A DNA stretch of 63,932 bases, the filler included, from Collodictyon triciliatum (taxonomy: Eukaryota), in assembly GCA_043381765.1 (NCBI GenBank). It is 9 parts of 9 records of this genome, joined end to end, with 100 filler letters (N's around TTAATTAATTAA, not from the genome) between each part and the next. Parts side by side here need not be neighbours in the genome. Positions count along the whole stretch, not along the records: positions 8,097 to 16,092 come from JBHJMP010003636.1; positions 16,193 to 24,185 come from JBHJMP010003637.1; positions 24,286 to 32,279 come from JBHJMP010003638.1; 6 more parts are not named here. The stretch is one strand, 5' to 3'. The position numbers were made by a program, and so were the translations under genes. The notes beneath the pieces were generated by a model. It was not told the origin of the DNA. It was given only the letters and a program-made list of their open reading frames with translations, and searched no databases. This document shows positions 14,101-27,097 of the stretch, piece after piece (the first letter of the stretch is position 1; the number at the start of each line of letters is the position of its first letter).

Positions 14101-15743
14101 AAGAAAGCTTTCTAAAGGCATAGAGCACACCTGTAATATTTGCTGGATTGGAATACTTTTGGCCATATTCGGAGGTGCGTTGGAAAAAAAAAAGGAAGTT
14201 AGACTGCGCCTCAAATGATTGTCTGTGTTCAACGTGGCGGTGTAGGACGCATAAATCATATCAAAAGGTTGAAAGAAACAAACGTTTGCATTTGGATATT
14301 TCTTGCTATTTGGGCATTCAGCATGGCGGTATTGGGTATTGTCACATAGTTCGCTCCACGAGGCTAAGTATGCGATAAAAAAAACAATTACATTTCCGAG
14401 ATGATAAAAGCAAATTTGACTTATTCAGTTGTTTCAACGATTAATATTGTTTTTATTTTTTATATTTATTTTTTTAAAAAAAAATGTGTGAGGGGGATAA
14501 TCTAGTTGAACTTAAATGACGCTGTAATTCAGTACCATAGCAAGGGACTGAAGTTGCTGATTAGCTTGTGCTGCTGCAGAGCCCATCCCTGGGGTAAGTG
14601 ATCTCTCCAATCCGGATGCTTGCATGGCTAGTGCAAACGTATCCTCTCGTAGCTGCATCATGAAAATCAGTTTTTTTTTTTAAAAAAAATAATAATGATA
14701 ATTTTACTCAACCATGAAGAAAATATGAATTCAGTTGATAATCGATTTGGAAAGAGACCCCCATATTAAGGGTTATATAATGAGAAGAGAACTGGATTAA
14801 TCAGCAATCACCATATTTTCATTAAGTCTAAGGTGCGTAGCCTGCGATACTAGAGGTATGTATGTTAGTTATAGTCAGGGGAGATGATTGGGTGCTTGTT
14901 GTACTGCTGACAATATTTCGTGTCGTGGAGTAGAATGAGAGATATATAATTTGTATAAAATTAAATCAAAGGCTACTTTGGTCCTGGCCATCGACAATGG
15001 CAGGGCTCGATGGTATGGACGGAGTCGATTGAATCGGCGTTGTGGGTGCAGCAAATGTTATTCCAGATGGTATGTGGACATGGGTTGCATTATGCTTGAT
15101 TGTGGGGACTGAAAGTGTAATTAAACTTTCTGGCTTGACAGCCGAAATAGGGTCGCGAGGAGAAGGAAAAGGTGTAGGATTAGGGGCTTGTGGGCTTCCT
15201 ATGGAGTTCACAGTCGATACAGGTTTTTGTGGTGCTGATTGAGTCTGATTTGCATGTGCGTGCTGAGAGTTTGGTGAAGGGCGGGTATATGCCGATTCAT
15301 GAGATGTTACTACAGAATCTAGAGCCGGATTGTCTGTTGATTATTTCATTATTATTATTTTCCATCTGAATATAATTCACCTTTTTGACATTTATTTTTT
15401 TCTTAATTCGAATTCACCTTTTTGATACTTAATTTTTCACTCTTATACCAGAAAGAAAAGCGTACCTTTTTGTATTTTTGGCTTTACTGCCAATTGAGAA
15501 CCCTTCGGTTGAACAACAATATTCTATTAACAGTTAGGGTATTGATTTTATTACAGTGTGTGTATGTTCCGCCATTGATTCATAGATGAAAAAACTCGTT
15601 AAACACATATATAAAAACAATGATTTAAATAATACTTCAGTCTCTGCTAGTGTGATTCTGGTTGATCTGATCTGGTCAGGAGGATATCCCTTCTCATCTG
15701 CTCTATCACGAAGAAACGCATTATCTCGTTCGTGCTGAAACTG
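11196..15743 (-). CDS. Glutamine-rich low-complexity protein with QA and QS dipeptide repeats; boundaries approximate
   Basis: 491-aa open exon 11971-13446 plus flanking minus-strand exon-like segments; no folded domain recognised. Confidence 0.55.
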
Positions 15744-16318
15744 TAGAATAAATCACGAACAATAAAGGAATATTTCATGTTAAATCATATTTATTGTAAA
15801 AAAAGATAATAAATCCGATAGAATTGTAGAGGAAATATATAAATAAAGGACTTTAGTATATATTGCGGCCTCCTTTGACCCTCCCCCATTACGTTTGGCA
15901 CTGTAAATATCCCAAAAGACAGTCCACCATTCCAGAAGAAAACCACTCGGTGGATCGGCATCATTTGGAAACTAATTGACACGGAAAGATGAGATTAAAC
16001 AAAGACATGTATTCTATATGATATTGGAATTGCTATAAATTCATAATGTTTTCATGACATATGTTTTAAAAAAAAACATCATCATCATCGTCNNNNNNNN
16101 NNNNNNNNNNNNNNNNNNNNNNNNNNNNNNNNNNNNTTAATTAATTAANNNNNNNNNNNNNNNNNNNNNNNNNNNNNNNNNNNNNNNNNNNNTTTTTTTC
16201 TTTCTTTTTTTCTTTTTTTTTTTCTTTCTTTTTTTCTTTCTTTTTTTCTTTCTTTTTTTCTTTCTTTTTTTTCTTGTTCTGCGTGACAACCTCATACAAA
16301 TTGAATGCTTATGTGTAG

Positions 16319-18982
16319 TATCAAGTTGTCTTACGTATCAGGGGAGTATGGAAAGAAAGAGGATTTTCAAAAACTCAACACTCATATCAAGAAGCTGGTT
16401 GGTAGTGCCAGGGACAATCGCATATTCTATTTGGTAAAAATGCTCTCTGTTTTTATATACATTTAATTTTTATGTGTATGTTTATATTTCTTAATTTTCT
16501 CTTTTTTTTTTTCTCTGGCTTGGTTAACGAACTATAAAATCAGTTTCTTTTTATGATAGACTACGAGCAATTTTTATTTATTCATGTTGGGTACATGAGA
16601 TAGACTCTCGATTTATTGGATGGTTTTCAAAATTGATTTCTTTCAATAGTGATTATATTTTCAGCATAGTAATTGAAATTCAGCCAAATATCCTAAGGAA
16701 ATACATTTTATTGATAATGCAATCTCTCATCTGGTCATAAATATTGGCCAATCTCACTATTTGAGAATGTTTTGATAGAATTTTTAATGCAGGCGATTCC
16801 ACCAAATGTATTCTTGGATGCAGCACGTTGTATACGTGCAGAGTGCGAATCAGAAAACGGATGGTAAATCTGAGCTCATAATCAGTTTTTTAGACGCTTG
16901 AGGCTTTTTTTTTCTAAAATTAAACGTTGTTTTAAATTGCTCTATACCTATATTGTTACACATTCATCCCCTGTGAAGGACCAGAATTGTGGTTGAAAAG
17001 CCATTTGGCCGAGACTTGTTGTCTTCCCAGGATCTAATGAAAGGATTAAGCGAACAATTCCAAGAAAATCAAGTTTACAGAATCGATCATTATCTAGGTT
17101 TCTCCTTGATATATTTGAATTTCAATAAAAAAAAATTCTAAATATATATATATATATCAAAATCTTCATCTCATGTTCACTTGGGTGAAAGTGTAACCGC
17201 GCCATTTTATATTTGCTAACATATAATTACTTTTAAAAAAATAGGGAAGGAACTAGTTCAAGTAATCAAGTTCAAATATCCCTTCATTTATATTTGAATC
17301 GAAAAAAGGGGGAAAAATATTTCATATGGATAAAAGAAGGGAATATAATAAACATTCTAAATATTCAGCCATGTGAGCCAACAAACTTACTTCTATCATT
17401 TGATCTAGAATCTATTTGTCCTCAGGTTTTCAAACTCCATATTTGAGGTAAATGAAATAAATTCATCGTAGTATGACCCTACAATGTACTCTATATTGAA
17501 TTAATCGTGACCGAAAATATTCTAACAAAAAAAACATATCAGCCTCTTTGGAATAACCGCCACATAAGCTGCGTCAAGATTGTTGTATCGGTAAATACAG
17601 AATCCTTACATATCTTTATGAAAAGTCAATTTGGTCGAATGATACCGAAACGATCTAGTGTCCATATATCAATAACGCTATATAATCATCACGAATTGAA
17701 AATATTCCTGAAATAAGCAATTGTACTTCCAGTCTCCCAAAAATATTTTTATTGTTCTAGGAAAATTTTGGGACAGCGGGCAGGGGTGGATATTTTGACC
17801 ACTTTGGCATAATACGTGATGTGATGCAGAATCACATGATTCAAGTAATGAGTCTCGTTGCCATGGAACCTCCTGAAAGTGATGACCCGGACGCAGTCCG
17901 AAATGAAAAGGTTCGAGCCCTACGGTCCACTAAGCCGATTGCTCGAGAAGATATATTGGTTGGCCAGTATGTGGGAAACGGCAAAGATACTGGGTATAAG
18001 GAAGAAGATGGTGTTCCGAGGGACTCTAAGACCCCAACATTCGCCATAGCCCATATACAAATCAATAACGAGAGATGGAAAGGTGTCCCTTTTATTCTCA
18101 AATGCGGAAAAGGCTTGGATAAGAAAAAGGCAGAAGTTCGCATCCAATTCAAACCCCCTAAAGTTAAGGTTCTCTCCCAGGAGCAAGCCCAAAATGAACT
18201 TGTAATTCGTGTTCAACCAGAAGAAGCTATCTACATGAAACTCACCTCGAAGCGCCCAGGAATGAAGATGGAGACTGTCCAAAGTGAATTGGATTTGACC
18301 TATCACGAAAGATTTGGTGGTAAAATACCGACAGCTTACGAAAAACTTATACATGATGTCTACCAAGGAAATCAAAGCTTATTTGGTACAGTTATTCGAA
18401 TTTTTTGGTTCTAATTCATATACATTTTTATATCATGATTGCTATGTGACTTTGTTGGGGTAGTTAATGTAATATATCTCCCTAGTTCGCGAGGACGAAC
18501 TACATGCATCTTGGTTGATATTTGATCAGATATTGAAGGACTTGGAGGAACTGAAAGAGGAGCCCTTACCTTACACGTTTGGCACCCGTGGCCCTGCAGG
18601 AGCAGATGAAATGGCTGAGGCTCTGGGTCATAGATATGACCCAAGTTATAAATGGACAAAGCCCTTGGCACTCTCTCCGACAACCCAACCGTCTCAGACG
18701 AACCCATCACAACCAGGCACTCTGCAACCTTCGATGAAGTCCTTGGGCCCATCAAAATCCACCAAATCACCTTCAGTCATGTATCCTCGCGTATTTGAAA
18801 GAAGCCCTCATAAGAATACTGACAGCTTCGCCGCCCAAAAAGAGCCAGAAAGGAAACCCGCAGTACCCAGCGCCGCAACCAACCCTATACGCCCGGCCCC
18901 AAAACCGCACTCTGTCGCGACAACCACCACAAAAACATCAAAATCCCCGAGTGATGTCCCCAGAACAAAAGCCAAGAAATAA
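16319..18982 (+). CDS. G6PD: Glucose-6-phosphate dehydrogenase, 5' partial
   Basis: Spliced motifs [75 protein letters not shown]. Confidence 0.97.
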
Positions 18983-20129
18983 AACTCTCGGCCAAAAAAA
19001 GGCAGCAGTTATGAATTAAGTCCTTGTGTGGTGGGAAATGACCCGGAGTTTGGTGTTCTTTGGCGTCGACAGCAGAAGAAAATATAGAGATGCAGCTAAA
19101 ACTATGCCCTCGAAAATGACTTCCACAATAGCTTTATGTGATTAATATTTCTGGAAAATAAAAATTAGACATCTTAATCTGTATATTTTTGGTTATTTAT
19201 TCAATTTAGACTCATATTAGATTACATTTTACATATATTATATGTAAAAAAGGATTATTGACCTGTTATGGTAAAGAGTTGCAGGGTTGACTATAGAGCA
19301 GGCACAAGATGTTGTTTATCACGCTAGTGTGGCGGAGTGTGGCTATATAAAGCGATTGGATTCCACAAATTCGCAAAAACCCACACGGAATCGCCTCAAC
19401 CAAAACTTCGCAGAACCACCGTCGAAATTCACCCCGGCTGCACGAAGCCAAACTCCACTATCTTGGCTAACCTCGCCTACAGCCAGCTACAGACACTATA
19501 TCATAGCGGCCGAGTCTATCATTCTTTTTTTTTTCTTTCCTTTTTTCGCTGGGCTTTTGTACACCTGGCAAGAGGAAGCAGGAAATTTACAACACCACAC
19601 TTTACTTGGCGCCCGGCTGCTCGATTCCCCACGGCCAACTGATCGAAGAACCGCCTGCCTCGGCTCTGTAGCGATCAAGGAGCCACGCTGTGATCTGGCC
19701 TCAAACACTGGACTCGTAAGACTTGCAATACATGTATATTCACCACGATACTGCATCCACCTCTTCGCTTTTGCTTTCCCCACGTCGCGCACAAAGATCA
19801 GAGATCTGGTGTGGGCAGGGGAAGGAGGAGAAGGATCGTAAAACTATAATTTCCACAAATGCACGTAACGGTATCTGGGTGGCCGAAAGGCTTTCTTTTT
19901 CTTGCGCCCTCCTCTCCTTCGTGAAGCCGAGAGCCTCTCTGCGAATACTCATAACATGGGTTCTGTTTTAGATCACAACCTCTTGTACATTTTATCGACC
20001 AAGGCACCTTCTCGGTGCAAACAGGACAGCAAACCCCGCCACCTTCCCATTTTTTTGCAACCTCTTAACTTGCTTCAGTCTCCAAACCCAACACATCCGC
20101 TCTCTGGATAAACGCGAGCCGTTGCCTCA

Positions 20130-22793
20130 ATGTCCGACCTTGACAGTCTTTCGTATGAGTGCGTTCTCTCGGCAAAAATCCAAGACTGCAACGCTGATAA
20201 CACCACTGGGCGTATTCTCAAAAGAAAGTCTCCCTTGATACAGAGTCCCGGTGATAATCAGGACTCCACCGAAGCCATTGAAACAAACACAGACAAACAA
20301 CAAAGCCCCTCAGCCTTGAATCTTGAGCAGGATGAGAATATATCTCTAAACAGCCACACAAACCCCCATCCACATACAATCTGTTGCGTAAGCACTAAAA
20401 GTCCAAAGAAGATACGGCTGATCGATAGCAACGACAATGCGCTCACAGGGTTTGAAGGGGACATCAGGGACGATGAGAGATGTGACGCCTCTTGCGGTGA
20501 CGAAAGCCCTTTCCATGCTGCTCTTCATAACCCTGATGCCCCAGCAAGCTTCATCGCGAGCGCATTACCTCGCAAACATATTTACTGTATGGCGCTTGGA
20601 TATCATATTATGTTCTCCATATAATTCCTTGAATCGAATAAAGGAAAAAAATGTTCTCTGTATAATTCCTTCACTTATATCTATTTTATAATCATGGTTT
20701 GAAAATACAGTTGCGTTTACCTAGTTTCACACTTGATTGTTGACATGGGGCTATTTAAATTTTCTTGCTTGTCCCCTGCTTCACATATGTGCATACTTGA
20801 ACAGACTTTATCACTTTTTTTTAAAATTTATCTAATCAAATCTAGCAGCAGCATCGACGGGACTACATTCAAGGAAAAGCCGAGCCTTTCCGGAACTTTC
20901 TGACGAAGATTCTGATGTTCCAGAGGACGAGCTTTATGTTCAATCTTTGGGCGAGGAGAATTGCACCAGTGATGGATACTTGGGAAGTGCAACTCAGAAC
21001 AAACTAGAAAGTAATATTACCATTCTAGACAATTTTATTCCCACAGTCTAGTGTAGAACTATTGATATGTTCGAAGACTTTGTCTACTTTATGTCGCGGT
21101 GATTTTTCGTGCATATCCATTATAATTTGGCATATTCGTAGATTCTCACGAATCCGTAGAAGAAAAAGATGAGCAAGAAACCCCTGAAGTTGAGGGAGAA
21201 ATTGATGTGTAAGCCATACATAATCGCAACGTTTCCAGTTACATGTAGCACCACAGTTTCCCGAAATTTCATCCATCACATGTAGCATCGTTTTACCATA
21301 CGTACATCACATTAGATATGAATTTATGGCCAGTCTGCCTCCAATTCCAGCGGCATTCCAAAACAGACCGCCGTGCATCCCCCCTAGACATGAAAACTCT
21401 CCTCCCGTCACTCTTGTTTTAGATCTAGATGAGACCCTTGTGCATTGTAGCATTGAACCAACAGATGACAGCGACTTCGATTTCCCAGTAAATTTTGGGA
21501 ACCAAGATTTTCAAGTAAGTGCCGTCTTGATTATTCCCTGAGGCTATCGTGTTCGATATTGTACTTTATATACAGATAGGCTGTGGAGAATTAGTCTCTC
21601 CATACCCGAATTCACCCGATGATGGCGATGTAGAAGGAAAAGAAGAGAATACCAAACCATTTAACGAAATTATTATGGCTAGGTTTACGCAAAAATAAGA
21701 CCGTTTTGTTCATATTTCCTGGAGCAAGTATCAAGGCATTATGAAGTCGTGATATTTACAGCATCACAGCAAGTTTATGCAGACAAAGTGCTCGATATTA
21801 TCGACCCACAGAGACTTTATATATCGTGAGTATATATTATTTCTTTGTTAACACACTCAATTAAATATCTTTTTCTTTTTTCTCCCTCTTTTATTTGATA
21901 CCGGAATCCCATGGATAAATACGTAACGAAGTCTATGCAAAAAAAAAAAAGGGAATAAAAAGAAAAGAAAAAGAGAGAAAAGTTGACAATCTATTCCTAT
22001 TAAAAGTTTAGTACCAAATTGGATTATCCCTTTACATTTTCTCATCCTTTACCACCCTCTTTTATAGACATCGAGTCTTTCGTGAGCATTGCGTTGTTGT
22101 GGATGGGAACTATGTCAAGGACTTGAATATCCTCGGTCGAAACCTTTCCAAAGTGGCTATTGTGGACAACTCCCCACAGGTCTTTGGTTATCAGGTTTGC
22201 CAAAGAAATGTATTGAGCGCTTTCCACTGAGTTTATATATATGTTCATTTCTTCTCGACCCTTTGCATCTGTTGTCACTGAACAAGGGAGAGATTTCATG
22301 AAAAGCAAGCGCCCACTTAAAGACCTATTTGTAGGTGGACAATGGGATTCCCATTGAAAGCTGGTACGGAGACCGGAGCGACCAAGAGCTCCTATACCTT
22401 CTGCCCTTCCTCCTGATGCTCGTGAGTGCCACGACCTCTGCCACCGTTTAATTCAGATGCATATACATACATACATACATACATACATACATACATACAT
22501 ACATACATACATACATACATACATACATACATACATACATACATACATACATACATACATACATCTTGAGTATTGAAAGGCGATGGCCCGGAAGGAAGGA
22601 TAGCGCAACTAACATGGAACCCGCAATGCCCTGCACATCGCAGCCCATAGGCAAAGACATCCGGCCGCAGATAGCGAAGCGATTCGGAATGTACGACCGC
22701 ATCTTCCAAGGCCGCGCCGCCCCGGAACACCTGCAGCGCAGATTCTGCACACCCGACGACGCAGAGGGGGCAGGGCCATCGGGACCGCTATGA
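20130..22793 (+). CDS. SCP/CTD small phosphatase-like (CTDSPL2-type, NIF/FCP1 HAD domain); start uncertain
   Basis: [13 protein letters not shown] (DxDxT), [22 protein letters not shown]...[28 protein letters not shown]...DQELL; last exon ends TGA 22793. Confidence 0.9.
22462..22563. repeat. (TACA)n intronic microsatellite
   Basis: Seen directly. Confidence 0.95.
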
Positions 22794-22954
22794 TTGGCAC
22801 GCTCACCATGGGACATCATCCACGGCTGCCTCATAAAGCAGGGCGACATGCGAGAGATAACCGAACCGAACACGATAGAACCACAGCAAAATCACGACCC
22901 GACCCGACACGACAGGGCAAGGCGAGGCGAGGCGGTGTATGGGACAGACGGGCA

Positions 22955-24019
22955 TCAGGCAGCAGCGGCGTCGGGCAGGCGGGCAGGAGAGGACCCGAGG
23001 CGTGGGCGGTGGAGGCTGGATGTAGACGTGGGGACGGGGGCAGGAGTGGGTGTAGGAGCAGGAGTGGGTGTGGGTTGGGTGGCGGGTCGGGGTGCCGCGG
23101 CCGAGGGTGTCGTCGTCCGAGGGCGGGGGCTGCGCGGAGTCTGCACGGCATGTGGGCGCACCGGCGTGCTTGCACGGCGTGCTGGCGGGTTTGTGGGCGG
23201 GTTTGTGGGCGGGAGGATGCTGGAGAGCGATGCTCGCTGTGGCTGTGGCTGTGGCTGTGGCTGTGGCTGTGGCTGTGGTGGCAGCTGGCGAGCCCGAGTC
23301 TTCTCCTCGGCGGTGACTCGGGTGGAGTCCAGGAAGACAAGGCCCTCTAACTTGCCAAGAACGTAGGAGCTGCCATGCATGGAGGGGATGAGGCGTGTTG
23401 CAGATACAAATACAAATACAAACACAGATACAGATACAGATACAGATACAGATACAGATACAGATACAGATACAGATACAGATACAGATACAGATACAGA
23501 TACAGATACAGATACAGATACAGATACAGATAGAGTTTAGGAAGAGCCACCGGTATGCAGCGTCGCGCTGCTCCCTGGCCGGATTACCCAGCATGGAAAG
23601 GTAGCGCAGCCCCGGTAGGCTCCGCCGCACTCGATTCACGAAGGCAGGCAGGTCTGATATCTCGTTCTTGTTGATGCACAGCGTCTGCAGCGTCGGGCAG
23701 GAGCCGATCTCGGAGGCGCATGAGATACAGTTGCTGTCCACAACAAGCGTCTCTAGCGCACTGAACGAACCCAGAAACTCCAAGTCCCTGTGTCCAGATA
23801 ACGAAGAGCGTGTGAGTTGAGGCACAGACACTCACGCAGAAGCACAAGGACGGAAACACAGACATATCAATCCATCCGCACGACCCTTTACCTGAGCTGG
23901 TTTCCCGTCAGGTCCATGTATCGCGCACTCCCTCTGTATTTCTCCACCAGTGCCTCAGGGAACTCCGCGTACTCCTGGAAGGCGAGGTGGAGTTCGCCGG
24001 TTTCGAGCACTGACTCCAT
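22955..24019 (-). CDS. LRMDA/C10orf11-like leucine-rich-repeat protein with Pro-rich tail, 3 exons
   Basis: ATG 24019; MDLTGNQL|DLEFLGSFSALETLVVDSNCI...LQTLCINKNEISDL...LRYLSMLGNP...YR|SYVLGKLEGLVFLD (LRR cap); intron phases compatible. Confidence 0.8.
23425..23531. repeat. (CAGATA)n intronic microsatellite
   Basis: Seen directly. Confidence 0.95.
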
Positions 24020-24285
24020 GGGCCACCACCTGAGCCTGCGCAAGCCTCGTCAACAAAGACACGCGATTCCCTTCATCTTTTCCCTCTCTACCCCTATTTT
24101 TTTTTTTTTTTTTTTTTTTTTTGGGCTTCTTTTTTTTATTTTTTTTTTTTTGTTTTGTAAAACCTTTTTGGGGGGGGAAAAAAAANNNNNNNNNNNNNNN
24201 NNNNNNNNNNNNNNNNNNNNNNNNNNNNNTTAATTAATTAANNNNNNNNNNNNNNNNNNNNNNNNNNNNNNNNNNNNNNNNNNNN

Positions 24286-24383
<98 letters not shown>

Positions 24384-24425
24384 AGGACGGATAGCTGAAT
24401 TATGCTAACGATGAGGTACATCTAG

Positions 24426-25465
24426 GATTCTTTCATATCCTCTCACCGAACCAGAAGAGACAGTCTCTCCATCACAAGTCTCCCACCAGGATATGTGATG
24501 AATGAGGCCATGGTTGACCCGATGGGTCGCATGCACGGGCCACCTTCATTCCAAAGTATTGAGGCAGCCAGAGTGTGGGACATGATTCCGGGAGAAATTC
24601 ACCGCTTTAATAGAGATGACTTTGAGGACATCCGCGGGAGCATCATGTCTACCGGATTTAACATAGTTTGTGCCATTTTCTTTAAAAAAGTGTGGTTTAT
24701 CCAAAACTGATAGTCGTAATGAGAGTCTAGGACATTCTCTGGGTACTTCTAACCAAATACATGTATCTCAAGGTCCAAAAAATTATGTACCTTGGAAAAA
24801 TTTACTGTCTGAAAGAGCCGTCGGTATACAACGAAGGGTATTAACCTGCATACGCATTGGTAGATGTGTGTATACTCTCAGACAGTCCCAGTAATATTCA
24901 TTACAAACATTAAATAAGCACTTATACCTCAGACATACAGGTGGACATACCATATATACGCCTACAAATGGCCGAGAATTCTCTGAGTTGGTCAACAAAA
25001 TGATACGTTCAGAGGCTTGTGTGTTGGGGTAATGTCATGAATATTTTTATTTTAATCACAACACATCTTTATTTTTCATTTTTTAAAGTATTATGAAGGG
25101 CTGTAGTTTAGAAAAACGCCTCTACCTTGAATGAATAAAGGAAAAAATTGGAAGTATATAAAATTCGGACTATGGTTATTGATTTTCCCCTCTTTACCGA
25201 CTACCATATTAAGGTACATAGGGCGTCATAAATATATAGTCTCGTTGTTGGGAATAATCGACAATGATATACATCCCGGTATTATTCTGGAGTATGGAGA
25301 GCTTGGAAATCTACAGAACTTTATCAATCGAAATTGCTTCGACACTGGGATTACTGGAAAAATTCGCATATGCTCACAAATGGCAGAGGCCATCGAGCAT
25401 ATACATAAGATGGATGTTGTTCATGGCGATATTCGTCCCGAAAACATTTTGGTATGACTGGAATA

Positions 25466-25564
<99 letters not shown>

Positions 25565-27048
25565 CACTACACGGTACACGTTTCTTCTTTACCGCATATA
25601 AATCTTGGTATTATTTCTAAAAGTAGAGCTTAACTTTCCTTAATCGCTTAACATTAAGGCTTTTATGACACACGACCTCATTCAATTCTAATTACACTGC
25701 ATATGACCCACGATATCTCCAAACGATGGACCACCATAATCTTACAGACAATTATCAGATTAACATAGTTTATATCTCCTTGTAGCTCTTTAGAGAGTCC
25801 AATACCATCGTTGCCAAGCTTGCAGACTTTGGACTTGCATCCTGCCCAAAGCTTCTTACCACATGCAGAGAAATCGCATTCGTTCGCTACTCCGCACCGG
25901 AAGTGCTCAAAGGCCGCTTTGTAATACTAAATAGAATTTGCTTTACAATGTCCCTTTTTCTTTCTTTTGTTTTAGTCTAAGAAGAAACATACCTTACAGG
26001 CGACCACAAGGTCAGACATTTACTCCTACGGAATGACCATCTGGTCACTCTTCACTCGAGAGGTTGGTTTCCTTAATCTATCAATTTAGAAAACCTAATC
26101 GTGCAGTGAGTCAAACATAAATGAAATCCAATAAAGTCAAAATTTGGGTGGTTGTCTAATCTCTGTGTTCATTAGAGACTGAGTATATACGCGAAAAAAA
26201 AATTCGAGGTATCTATTTCATTTTCATCACTCACATGCATAATACAGGAACCTTATGTCACCTTGTCTCTGGACGAAATGATTCAGTCTATGGAATCCGG
26301 GAAGCATATATTGCCCATGCAAGGCGTGCCGGATGACCTTGAATCGATGATAAAGAGCTGTTGGACAGCACGTCCAGATAAGCGACCCACAGCATCGGAT
26401 ATCCTCCCACGCCTCTCGTATTCCTGGACCATTTACTCCATGAAAGAATCGGGCCAGGTGGTTTCAGCACCCGCGCCACCGCCCTTTGTTGTGACTCGTG
26501 ACATGCCCTTGAGAATCGAAGTGGAATCCCTCCGCGCAACTTGTCTGCAGATTATAGAGCTCAACTCAAAGACACTAGCCCTGCGTGAACAACTTGGCTC
26601 CACCCTGACCCAAAGAGAACGTGCGTGGCCTTACTCCCACGTGCAAGGAGCAGAACACATACAATCATCACTTCACGGTCAAGGATACAAGACAGCCGAC
26701 ATGGTTGACCAAGAGCCGATTCGCGCCCGCCTCAATTCTGATGATGAGGCATTTTACAATCATATATCCACTCTCTATGACATATTTTCGAAGGAGATTC
26801 TAAGCACAGAATACATCGAGTACTGGAACAAAATGGTTCGGGAGTCTTTGATTATGCGACACCAAATTGCCATTTATCGCAGGGATGTTTCGTCTGACCC
26901 CAAAACAAGTCCCAAGGAGTAAGTCAAGTTTTTTTTTTATTTTGATATTCTTCCTTCCTTCCTCTAGCACAAACTGAAAGGAAAACCCCAAAAAACTTGG
27001 TCATACTCTTGCTATTATGTAAAATCAGATGGAACATACCGTCATACC

Positions 27049-27097
<49 letters not shown>

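Noticed and set aside
22803-23831. 342-aa ORF as a single-exon LRR protein with a CICICI tract
   Set aside because: The tract is an intronic (CAGATA)n repeat; the spliced model changes frame and stops at 22955
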